Assembly: GCF_902652985.1 (NCBI RefSeq)
Contig: NC_047031.1
Location: 13,702,001-13,766,000, forward strand
Length of the DNA stretch: 64,000 bases
Source of the DNA: Pecten maximus
Lineage: Eukaryota
Direction: 5' to 3'
How positions within the stretch are numbered: position 1 is the first letter of the stretch; each line of letters begins with the position of its first letter. The notes beneath the pieces were generated by a model. The model was not told where the DNA came from and did not search any database. It was given only the letters and a program-made list of their open reading frames with translations. Position numbers and translations under genes: made by a program. This document shows, one piece after another, positions 14,207 through 28,600 of this stretch.

Positions 14207-16699
14207 TATATATGTGCTGAGCAGCAAACGTCAAGCAATATTTGAGCTCAAAATGATGGCAACTGTGTGTATTTTAGCAGTGACATCACAAAACTCAGTC
14301 CTTAAGGATCTTTTCCGGTTTGATGTGTAGTTTAGTGATTTGTTCGCTTTTCTTTTCTGCTCGTTTACTTTGGTTTCACTGAATGGTTTATTTTTTTCGG
14401 AGTATCATAGTGCTTAAAACAAAAACAGAATTTGAATAGTATGTGTAATTGTATTTATATATTTTTTAAAACATTTGATAACATTCTGACTAACACAATG
14501 AATGATTCATGTACGTCGGTAGGTTTTCAAAACATTCACTAGTAATCATTCTAGTGGTCACTAATTTGCTTTGCTTATATGAAACACAGAGTTATCTTTC
14601 TTGTTTAAGATAAATATTCGGCCGGTTTGCCGTTAAATATAATGAAACAGGCTATACAGACGTTTTCCGGTTTTGGTAATTATTTTAACGTAAACATGCA
14701 TGTCCTCTTTTTAAATTTTATCGCAAGATTTAAACAGAAAATTAAGCTTTCCACAATTACATTATCTTGCAAACAGTTCTGTCAAAATCATTGTTTTATT
14801 TGATATATCTCTCTGCTTTTCCATGCGGCACGGCCTTGTGTAGTACCAAAGATCAAGGAGTGTTGAATATATAATAGTACTTCCGGTAGTCAACAAACCT
14901 GCATGGGTTAGAGAGTAACAACTTTGGACAAATCACAACAAAAGTTTACTGTTATACGAATATTTAACGTATCTATAATAATGTATCATTAAAACGAGTC
15001 ACCTTCAAAACTAAATGATGATATTTATTCTCAGTTAACGCGTTTTAGTAGTCTTGACATTAAAAGTGAAATTCAAAGGAACCCGAAGCTTTGGCAGGTG
15101 AAAATAACACTACACAACAATTTAACCGATCGAACTAGCATTCTTTGACTCTATGTCAAAACCGTTTAGGTTGTTTAATTTGATTAAAAGTGGCGCCTGT
15201 ACTGAACATTAAGGTATGGTTAATCTTGTCGGGTAAAAAGAGGTTGCACAAAAGTAATCGCTTTATTATCAGAAAGTTATTGAGTACACGATTTAGTATT
15301 TCCTGGTAGGCAGGTTTTGTTCTTTCTGATATTAATCAATTATACTTAACATAACAATTCTTCGAGGGTTTACTGCAACAAATTGTATCTAATGGTTTTA
15401 TTTTGACTCCTAAATGAAGTGTTTAACGAAGTATTTTATCCAACAACAACAAAATTATGATGATTCAATGAAATATGTGGGGTTTTTTTCACGGCTCGAA
15501 CATATTTACACCAACAATGTCTTAAATGATCACAACGGGAACAATACTGTGTGCGTTTCGTGTTTTTTAACATTTCTTTCTCCCTCTGTTTTTATTGGGG
15601 TTTTTTTATTTATTTTTATTTATTCGTGTATTTTTTCCTTACCTTAAAGGTATGATTGTTATGTTACCTTTGTAATTTGGATTTATCTCCCTGGATAGGT
15701 GTATAGTTTTACTATTATTCTTAGTAGGTGTTTTCCCAGGCCTGAAACATGTGATCGCTACACACGTCGAACAAGTTCCGACTATCTAGACCACATAGAA
15801 AAAATACATACCGTGATAGCATTTTAACATAATTAAAGATTAACATCAAATTTGATACAACTCACCAATACCTATCTATGCTCTCTGCCTGCTCTGACAA
15901 TGATCTCATAACGACCGTTGATCAGATAACCGTACAATTCTACTTGTTTAGCACAAAGTATCTAGTGGTAAGGCTAAATGTTACCGGTAGTCTAACAAAG
16001 GGTTAGTATCGAATTACAGGTCAGCGTTAAAGATTCGGTGTGCAAATCGAAAAGTATAGTTAGATTAGTGTTCACAGGTCTAGTGATAATATACATAAGA
16101 TAGTATTCTACAATAACAAAATAAAAAATATGATATTTATTCATGATATCCATGTTTTCTATAAAATATTAAAAACCAACAGATTAACATATCTGACGTG
16201 GAAGTATGTATTTGTATTATTACCATGCTCTTTTGATGTAATAAAGCTTGAAGACACCTCACACAAACCATTTGATTTGCTGAGGAGATATTTAAGATGT
16301 GTAACATAATAGTTGATACGATTCACATATTAACAGGCATGCGATACAAGCTTTAATTTAACCTAGACTGTAATGTGTGGAACCTCATTATAACTTACTG
16401 ACAACAGATTCACTTATAATGTATTAACCATACAACTTTTTTTATTTTATGATCGGCAAATATACCTTCGTATAATGTGTTAGGCAAGTGTTTTTTTAAG
16501 TTAAAGTATCTGTTTGGATTTTTCGCCGATATCAACATTGATACGTTTGTATAAACAACGCTATGGAATCTGTGTTATGGACGTCGAACTTGAAATCACA
16601 ACAAAGTTATATGTGAGATATATATATCACTTCGTAGCTTTGTGAGTGATGACAAACATTGGAAATGAAGGATGAGGACTGCATGAACCTTAATAAGCC

Positions 16700-19600
16700 A
16701 TGTTTAAAGTCGCATGGATAACATTACAATGTTTGATATTTTTCTCAACTGGACGAGTATCATATACAGCTAATATAGAGGAATATACTCCAACAACTGA
16801 TGCCCATGGACTCTCCGAAAACATCAATGTTTTACTGCCACCACAGGGATCACCAGACATCACTCCATTTGAGGAAAAGTATATACCAACAGGGCTTCTC
16901 AAACAAGGTACTTTACATAGTAGTTTTTAATACTTATTGACTTAAGATAAATAATATAACTGAAATGAAATATTAGTATATTGTGAAGATTAAACATTGT
17001 AATAAATATTGAATTTACATATGTTCTAGTTCATAATGTGTTATTTTAATTAAATGATGAAAAATGTGTTTTTTATATAACCCGGAAACATGTATTTTGT
17101 AGATATCCATTCCCGTGTCAAACGTGATTTAACGAGATTTCAATCGATAGCTGATGATACGGGCTGGACAGTGTACCGGAGAGGGTCTACTGACGTATCT
17201 GTTGTGATGGAGGAAATCAGTTTGGTACATATTACTGTCGTGTATTATATAAACCATAAGTTTTATGATTGTGTTACAGGGTCATTCCTATCTGAATTTC
17301 TTAATCATTGAAAACAAAGAACCACGCTTTTATCATGCAGTTAACATTCAGTCGAAAATCGTTATCTCGAAATAGGTGAGTCATGAAAAAACTTCGATAT
17401 TTCACGAATACTAGAGATAACTGAATGTAATTCATATCGAACTTTACTGCTTGAAGTGACTTTTTACTTCCATTTGAGCATCGCCTCGAGTTAAGAGTTA
17501 ATTATAATGAAATTTGACTGTCAACATTTATGAATACCTTTTTGTGATACACGACTGCCTGCTAAGAAAGTTGTGTTGTTGTTCGTCTTCTTAAAATAAC
17601 ATGACCGTTCAAAGACGGAGACCAAATATGACGGGACTACTGACAGACGCTTGACAACAGGTACGATTCTTACGACCTTCATGCAGCACGGAATCCCATG
17701 TTTTGGTTTGGTATTGTTCAATAGCCATAACAAGGTAAATAATTCATTGACCTCGTGTCTTGACTCGCCCAAGAGTTTTGATTTTGTGCTGATAACTTAC
17801 ATATTTCTATCAACAGCTTTACGGCCAATGACGGTATCCCCTGTAAAATATGTCCTAGTCATATTTACACCTTAGGACTTTGGTACTTTTGACCTATACA
17901 TTTCGATGCTTCGCTCTTATTGGTATATGACGAAACAATAGAAAATAATAAACAATAATAAATATAAATACATATTATAACAGATCGGTATGTCATCCGA
18001 GTCCATCATACGTCAGTTTACACAAACAACGGCAGCTGATAACACCATGGACATTCCTGTTGATGCGGATATGACGTCACTCAACATAAGTATATCTGGT
18101 CCTACCGATGTCACAGACGCCACCCTAACGGATCCAGGTGGTACGTATTTTTGTTGTAAAACAAGCTAAGAAGTTAAACACTCATTTGTGGTATTAATTG
18201 TCCTTTGTACATTCGACTGATCACTGACCGCAATGTAGCTTGGGTAATTGAAGACTGATTCCATTCAAACTTTGGAAGCTTTATAACTATAAACATTCGA
18301 CAAGTTTGATATCCTGAAATTACATTAAATGATAAATGATAATAGAATCATGATTTTGCCATTTAACAGATAAGTCCCGATTTTATCATTTGATTTACAT
18401 TTCAGGTGTTGTGGACACATTTATGGGTGGAACATCATCACGATGGCTGGAAAATAATACTGTGTTCATGGCTCTCCAGGTAAATGAACCACGAATCCAT
18501 TATTGTATTTTCGTATTGTTTACCGTCTTAGTTGTGATATTTTGCAGCTAGATAGATACCGAAACTATATAAGTTCTCAGTTTCGAAAGAAGGCGACATC
18601 AACATAAAATATAATATTAAACATATTTAAATATCTCTCTTCTTCAGCTTACTACAAGCCAAGTATTGCCGTTCAAAATATAGTGCAGTATAGCATGTGT
18701 CTATCTCATTGCGTTCTTACCACATTAAATGCAATTCTACCATGTTTGCTATGTAACGCCAGTTTTGATTGGTTAAAAATCATGTATTATTTTCCAATAA
18801 CCCACGCTCGTGCCAATAATACACGCTCGTGAGTCACGGCTGTTACAATTTTAAATATCTAATATTCACCCGTTTCATAAAAGGTTACTTTAGCCGAGTG
18901 GGCTAATGGATTAGTCTTTCAATATATTTTTATCACGACGCGAGTTAGAATCCTACGGAGGCCCCCACTTTTTTTTTTTTTTTTTTTTATCCTTTTTTTT
19001 ATTTTCAAAATCAATGCCATATGATAGATGCTCTTGATCGTAGTACTGTATTGCCTGTATATTTCATCAACAAATAATGCAATACTCAAGAAATAAATTA
19101 CAGGGTTTTCCCAGGGTTTCGTTGCTGTTTTTCTATTAGAATGAGGTCGATCTCAGAACTAAACGGTACATGGTAGAATAGAAATAATCAACTTTGACTC
19201 GTGTATTGTTGCAGGATATACAACTCGGACTCGGATATTTTGCAATTTTAATTAATAACTCAGGCCTGCGGCCTTCGTTATTAATTTAACTGCAAAATAT
19301 CCTCGTCCTCGTTGTATATCCTGCAATAATACACGAATCATCGTTAATTATTTCTTAATTTAACCACCGTTTAATCCCTTAAACTGTCATGACTGTATGC
19401 TATACACCATTAATGATCACGTGATTATCACATGATGTTCATTTCCTCTAGTGTAACAATTCAACAGGCACAAGTGTAATAGAAAGCGTTGATGGTACTC
19501 AGATTGTTGTTTGAATACATGCAAAAGAACGTACTACAAAACCTTTTTAAAAAAAAATTAAAAAAACACATGTTGAAGAAAAGGTCATTCATTGTGATGC

Positions 19601-22600
19601 TGTAACATTATCCGGTTTTATGTTTGATACTAAAATGCAATAATTAAAATTGAAATATAATACACTGATCATACTCCATTAATCCAGAACCCGGCTATAG
19701 GGACATGGACTCTAACACGGATTGACACCAGTAAAGTGTGGGACGTTAACATTACAGCCACTTCCGGTATTCATATTGACTTCCGGTTGATACAGACTGA
19801 CGGTTCCGGCTTCAAGACAATCTTTGACCGTAACCCCATCACTGGTAATGTCATAACAGCAACTTTAAGTTCTTTAATTTACCAGTTGTTGAAGAGTTTT
19901 TATTTTTCCCCGCTTAGATTCACTTTTTTTCTTAAAACGATATTTTAGAAAGAAAATCATTTAACTGCCATACTTTGGTCACTTGTATTTAACATTCTTG
20001 GTGACTCTGATAGGAGGTCAATATATGAGAGAATCTGAGAAGGAAACATTTGCCAAGTGATCAGACAGGTTGATCAATGCCATACCTTTATGTTATTGTG
20101 TTATCCGACTAAACAAATATATATTTACGTACCTACTTTTTCGACAATAAAATGTGTCCCGTTTATGTAATTTAAGTCTTATTATTTCAATCAGTGAACA
20201 CATGTATATCGTACACATTCAATATTCAAGAGGTTAATCCAGCGACGGATTTCAAACAATCAATCTATACAAAGCTTATAATTGTAACGGAAGCTGGCAT
20301 CGACATATATCAACCTTTTATTGTTGTAATTGGATGTTTTAATTAACGTTTCTCCGTGATATTATTAAGATAGTTCCACACACCTCAACGGATATTTGAA
20401 GGCTATAGTTTGGTATTGAGACAACACAAAGGAACACCGAATATATATGTGTGTTATTGATGTAGCTTATAGTAATGAAATTGGTGTTAAATCCATTGGT
20501 ATTAATCCTTTAAGATAATCCGTATGTATTTTTATAGTTTAACTATTTTATTCGTACAATGAATGAAATTGTATAATCATACTATAAAGGGCAGATCTAC
20601 ACACATACATTATATACTATAGGGCAGATCTACACATATACATTATATAGGACATATCTACACATATACATTATATAGGACATATCTACACATATACATT
20701 ATAATTATATAGGACATATCAACACATATACATTATAATCATATACGGTAGATCTACTCATATAATGATATTTATATAGGGCAGATCTACACATATAGAT
20801 TATATTTATATAGGGCAGATCTACACATATACATTATAATTATATACGGTAGATCTACACACATACATTATAATTATATAGGACATATCTACACATATAA
20901 TTATAATGATATAGGGCGGACCTACACATATACATTATATTTATATAGGACATATCTACACACATTACATTTATATAGGGTAGATCTACACATACACATT
21001 ATATTTATATAGGGCAGATCTACACATATAATTATAATTATATAGGACAGATCTACACACATACATTATATTTATATAGGGTAGATCTACACATACACAT
21101 TATATTTATATAGAACATATCTACACATATAATGATATTTATATAGAACATATCTACACATATAATGATATTTATATAGGACATATCTACACATATACAT
21201 TATAATTATATAGGGTAGATCTACACACATACATGATAATTATATAGGGCAGATCTACACATATACATTATAATTATATAGGGTAGATCTACACACATAC
21301 ATTATATTTATATAGGGCAGATCTACACATATGCATTATATTTATATACGGTAGATCTACACATATACATTATAATTATATAGGGTAGATCTACACACAT
21401 ACATTATATACTATAGGGTAGATCTACACATATACATTATAATTATATAGGGTAGATCTACACACATACATTATATACTATAGGGTAGATCTACACATAT
21501 ACATTATATAGGACATATCAACACATATACATTATATTTATATAGGGCAGATCTACACATATACATTATATTTATATAGGGCAGATCTACACATATAATG
21601 ATATTTATATAGTGTAGATCTACATACATACATTATAATTATATAGGGCAGATCTACACATATACATTATATTTATAAAGGACATATCTACACATATGCA
21701 TTATATAGGACATATCTACACATATACATTATAATTATATAGGGTAGATCTACACACATACATTATATTTATATAGGACATATCTACACATATACATTAT
21801 AATTATATAGGACAGATCTACACACATACATTATAATTATATAGGGCAGATCTACACATATATATTATATTTATATAGGACATATCTACACATATACATT
21901 ATAATTATATAGGGCGGACCTACACATATACATTATATAGAACATATCTACACACATACATTATAATTATATAGGGCAGATCTACACATATACATTATAA
22001 TTATATAGTGTAGATCTACACACATACATTATAATTATATAGGGCAGATCTACACATATACATTATATTATATAGGACAGATCTACACATATACATTATA
22101 ATTATATAGGGCAGATCTACACATATACATTATATTATATAGGGCAGATCTACACATATACATTATATTTATATAGGACAGATCTACACATATACATTAT
22201 ATAGGGTAGATCTACACATATACATTATAATTATATAGGACATATCTACACATATACATTATATTATATAGGGTAGATCTACACATATACATTATAATTA
22301 TATAGGGTAGATCTACACATATACATTATAATTATATAGGGCAGATCTACACATATACATTATAATTATATAGGACAGATCTACACATATACATTATATT
22401 TATATACGGTAGATCTACACATATACATTATAATTATATAGGACAGATCTACACATATACATTATATTTATACAGGGTAGATCTACACATATACATTATA
22501 ATTATATAGGGCAGATCTACACATATACATTATAATTATATAGGACATATCTACACATATACATTATAATTATATAGGGTAGATCTACACATATACATTA

Positions 22601-25600
22601 TAATTATATAGGGCAGATCTACACATATACATTATAATTATATAGGGCAGATCTACACATTTACATTATAATTATATAGGGCAGATCTACACATATACAT
22701 TATAATTATAGAGGGCAGATCTACACATATACATTATAATTATATAGGGCAGATCTACACATATACATTATAATTATATAGGGTAGATCTACACACATAC
22801 ATTATAATTATATAGGACATATCTACACATATACATTATAATTATATAGGGTAGATCTACACATATACATTATAATTATAGAGGGCAGATCTACACATAT
22901 ACATTATAATTATAGAGGGTAGATCTACACATATACATCATATTTATATAGGACATATCTACACATATACATTATATTTATATAGGACATATCTACACAT
23001 ATAATGATATTTATATAGTACATATCTACACACATACATTATAATTATATAGGGTAGATCTACACACATACATTATAATTATATAGGGTAGATCTACACA
23101 CATACATTATAATTATATAGGACATATCTACACATATACATTATAATTATATAGGGTAGACCTACACATATACATTATAATTATATAGGGTAGATCTACA
23201 CACATACATTATAATTATATAGGACATATCTACACATATACATTATAATTATATAGGGTAGATCTACACATATACATTATAATTATAGAGGGCAGATCTA
23301 CACATATACATTATATAGGACATATCTACACATATACATTATAATTATATAGGGTAGATCTACACACATACATGATAATTATATAGGGTAGATCTACACA
23401 TATACATTATAATTATATAGGGCAGATCTACACATATACATTATATTTATATAGGGCAGATCTACACATATACATTATAATTATATAGGGTAGATCTACA
23501 CACATACATGATAATTATATAGGGTAGATCTACACATATACATTATAATTATATAGGGCAGATCTACACATATACATTATAATTATATAGGGCACATCTA
23601 CACATTTGCGGTCATGGCTTCAAATATCAACGCAGCGTTCGAGCCATTGTCTTTAGTTCTACAAGACGAGGAAGGCGAAACATTGACCACTTCCACTCTA
23701 ACCACGTCATATACACCGACAAGGAGCACTGGCCATACTGAAGTTACCATGCCGACATCGGTATGTATGAACCTTCCCGGTATACAGTAAGTGGGTTAAG
23801 TTTTTTAAAGGTTCAATTGGTATAAGAGGTATGATGTCGTACTGGAAGGACACGGCTACTTGACCTAAGGGTCATTTGATCAAGTCCTGACACGGGCGTT
23901 GTTTTTTTATCCTTGAAAAAGATACTTTACTCCGTTGTGCTCAAGTAAACCCTGTTGTGAATGAGTGAATGGTATGGCGGATCAGGACGTATCATGCCTA
24001 AGCTATTTACGCCGAAATGGCAGCTGCTACAGTATGCTCCCCAGGGAGCTAAGAAATACACGTATATCCGGTGGTTGTTAACACCCAATAACAATAGATT
24101 CTATTTCTTAACCGATCGAGACGGCAATTTTACTGTGGTACAGTGGTATATCAAGAAATATACATTTTGTATCTTTCCTGCAGATATTTCGACAAATTCC
24201 AAAGAAAGCCCGGTCTATGTGTTGCGCGATCGGTTCGATTAATGTATTCAGTTATTTTTGTTTCTTTTCTCTCAGTTTTCAAGTTAAAAGAAAAAACATG
24301 ATTGCGTTGACTTTTAAATCACACCTTAATTCATTTGAATAGTAATGACATTCTTTTGAAGCTAAAAATTGCAAACTATTCGTTGTCTAGATTTCGACAA
24401 TCTAATCAGGTCGCATCCTAGAAATAGTAATATGTCGCGATTTTATGTAATTTGGGCTCTAAGTTACCATAGTGTCAAGTTGTATTGATAAAGCTATGTA
24501 TTGTAAGTCTTTAATAACATCATGTAAGAATATTTTTTTACGGTAACACTGAAATTTTATTTCAGAATTTCTACATACAACTGTCAGGGAAGGTTCCTGG
24601 TGGGTCACCGTTCATTCGGTCGTCATGGAGACTGGTGACCCCGGTCAGTGCGGATCTCATCGTTTATCCTATTATTGGTATGGAACTTGAAATAAAAGAA
24701 ACGATCAATTATGTTTAAACCCGCGTCGTGACGTCCTATGCCTGGTTATTTGTATGAAATTATGACGTGAATTTTGTAACGATTAAACAACTTAACTTTA
24801 TAACGGCACTGTCATCCTAGTATATAGCATCAAATAGAAGCCCTTGAATATATAATGTAATCACGTCACATTTTGATAAAGAAATATATTTTATATAAAG
24901 TTATCAAGCTTTAATGGTTTTTCACGAGATTACTTTTATCACGAAATATAAATTTTATTTATGTTTTTAAACTAGAGAGTAAAGCTGTTTCTATTTAAAT
25001 CTGTATATTTGAAAGAAAATATTAATGTCTTAAATATAGGACGGTACACATAGCAATTACTTTGGTACATACCATTTGAAAACGATTATTACAGGTCAGA
25101 TTGGGTCAACTGATGACATCACATACAAGTTAACCAATCATGCATCTGAAACAAACACTTATGACGTCACCATGTCAAGTACAGTGACGTCATCCATTAC
25201 AAGGAGTCACATCATGTTGATGGCTGACACACTCGAAGATACATTTGAAATCACTACATCATCAAACATTGAATCATTGTACGTATACAGCAACTCCTAT
25301 ATATTTATTAACTTTACGTTTTTGAATCAGTGGATGCGTTATATTTCAAATACAGTTATGTATGAATTAAGGAAAAGTTGTTTCATAGGTCAAAGACTTT
25401 TAGGTTTGTGATTTTATCCCATATATTCTTATTATTGATTCATTAATGATTCATTCGACTATCTCACACGTTCTTCGTAAATTCATTATTATTAATGTGA
25501 TCCGCGTCTACATGTTGTTTGTACTTAGATATTTTGTTGATGAGACCTTCGTTATTTTGAGGAAATGAAGAGAATAATTATACTTTTTAGTTGGTGTCCC

Positions 25601-28600
25601 CAATTCAATTTCTAGTGTTGCACGTGGCTAGATCATTAATAGTACAAAGACATATACTAATGATTAAACATATGTTGTATGCTAAATCAAGATAATGTTT
25701 CCTGCTGTTTTTTTTTTAAATATTTCATGAAGAGGAATAATAAAAATGACCAGGAAAATAAGTTATATGGTATTAAAGTGTAATGATGCATATATGAAAT
25801 TATTCATGTTTCCGATAGATCCTACTCTGTGACTCTCAGCGAACCTGGGGCACCTACATCACTACAGTCATCCTCGTATACATTACAGGTAGAGCCAACA
25901 CCAATAGTGATTTATAGTGATATAAATGTCATTACAAATAAGTTTAGCACAGTTGCCTATACATATATATATTAGTCCGGCAGAATGGTGCATATATCAG
26001 TAGAATTGTGGGTTTTGTAGTAAAAACATGAAACTTTGCATATAGGTAGGGCATCATGACTTGAATAAATTCAGATATGGGGCCAAGCTATTTTTTCCAA
26101 GATGGCCGCCAAAATATAAGGGTCAAAGAAGTAATATGAACAGTATAATCCAGATAACACTGGATCCTCACATAAATGTATGGAGGATACGAATTACTTG
26201 TATATATATATATATATGTATACATACATTGACCTCTTTCGTTGACGCTGAGGTGTAATTTGTTATTTCTAAACTGAAGATGAAGAGTCCAAGTGTAATA
26301 TATACCTGATATCATATTTATCTATAGTATGGACATTTATATTGTGATATTGTTAATTTTATTTGTAAAAAGGAGATTTTTATAACTAGTTGATATTCAA
26401 TAATTGTTTACTAAAAAAAAATAGAAAAACAAATCCAGTTAAATCACTGCTGTAGAGTTCCTCAGAACTGTTTTACAGTTTAAAATAACAAGCCATGTAG
26501 AATCCAAGTATCTGGACTTTTCTGTATTTTTTCAGTTAGCCAGTTCTCTTTGTACAGTATCCATGACTACAAACGAATGTGACAATGCTAATTCCTCGTG
26601 TTCGGCCTATCAATGGTCAGCCACAGCTGTGTTCAACTTTGAGGTGTCCGTCTTCGTAGTGACCACGGGTGTGTCCATAACTGATGACATCACAGACTAT
26701 ACAAACGTCTGTTTATCAAGTAAGTGTATATAATGACCCCACAGTATATAATATACGTTATCTACGTCAACAAAGGAGACAAATAACGGCGTCCTAAAAC
26801 TATTAAACCCAATATGGAGGAAGTGCAATATATTTTTTTTATATGTAATTGATTATTTATGCAGATGCTTTTTAAAAGATAAAACAGAAGTTCAAACCTT
26901 TACAGGGCGGTTATAGCCTAAAATTGATGGATGTGTATGACAATACACAGTATTCTATTCTGTTTTTCAATCGATTTAATAATTTTTCCTTTAAGGAAAG
27001 ATCATTAACTACTATATTTTCCTGAAATCATATACTACTTTCTAATTGAACACTTAACATATTAAGCAATGTTCTCAAGGTAAGAATAAGCGTTGTATAA
27101 TTCTAAATGCACTTTTGGTAACGAATCACGTGAAAACAAAAAGATGAAGTGTTCTTGGCCTGGAAAGTGCACGACTCAAAGATTGTACAAACAAACTGTT
27201 TAAGCAAATGTAAAATTAGAGTCAAAAATAACTTAAACTGCAACATACAGCTGATGTTACATGTCCAAATTGTGTTGATCACGAAAGGTGTTTTAAAAAT
27301 CGAAATTAGTCGAGAAAATGTCAGTATCAAACAGTGTCCTTTTTTTTACTTTTTACAAATATGTATATTACAAAGACTGAAAACTAAATCAACAATTATA
27401 GTCCACGAGATATTCCGACATGTGTAGTGTTTAAATGTTTGCAAGTGTATAAAAACACTAAAGAAACAAGAGGCCCATGGTTCTTAACCGTCACAAGAAT
27501 TTAAAAAATTTCTGTCAATTTGACCCTTTGTGACCCAACCTATCAGCACATGGGGGTCAGTCGGACCAACATACCATCAAACTACCTTCCAAAAATGCTT
27601 ATTCTAACCAAATTAGAACAAATAAAATACCAACAAATAATAGTCAAAAAAGTGTTCCATATCTTTGTTCTACAAACCTTCCCCTCTTTAAACACTGTGT
27701 CTTTCTCTATGATAACGTAGCTCTGTTTTACAGACCTCCCTAACGTCGGAGGCTGTGTCTTCCCCCGGTAATAACTTTGTATTTCTCCCTCTGTTTTACA
27801 GACCTCCCTTACGTCGGAGGCTGTGTCATCCCCCGGTAATAACTTTATACTTCTCCCCCTGTTTTTCAGACCTCCCCCACCTCGGAGGCTGTGTCTTCCT
27901 CTGTAATAACTTTATACCTCCCCCTGTTTAACTGACCTCCCCTACGTCAGAGGCGGTGTCTTTCCCCTGTAATAACTTTATACCTCCCTCCATTTTACAG
28001 ACCTCCCCTACTTCAGAGGCGGTGTCTTTCCCCTATTATAACTTTATACTTCTCCGCTCTCTGTTTTACAGACCTCCCCTACGTCAGAGGCGGTGTCTTT
28101 CCCCGGTAATAACTTTATACCTCCCTCCATTTTACAGACCTCCCCTACTTCAGAGGCGGTGTCTTTCCCCTATTATAACTTTATACTTCTCCGCTCTCTA
28201 TTTTACAGACCTCCCCTACGTCAGAGGCTGTGTCTTTACCGGTAATAACTTTATACCTCCATCTGTTTTACAGACCTCCCCTACGTCAGAGGCGGTGTCT
28301 TTCCCCTGTTATAACTTTATACCTCCCTCTATATTACAGACCTCCCCTACGTCAGAAGCGGTGTCTTTCCCCTGTTATAACTTTATACCTCCCTCTATAT
28401 TACAGACCTCCCCTACGTCAGAAGCGGTGTCTTTCCCCTGTAATAACTTTATACCTCCCTCTATTTTACAGACCTCCCCTACGTCAGAAGCGGTGTCTTT
28501 CCCCGGTAATAACTTTATACCTGCCTCTATATTACAGACCTCCCCTACGTCAGAGGCGGTGTTCTCCCCCTGTAATAACTTTATACTTCTCCGCTCTCTG

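Noticed and set aside
11113-23605. Two satellites share a 34-bp period
   Set aside because: The monomers are dissimilar apart from TA-rich stretches; treated as coincidence.
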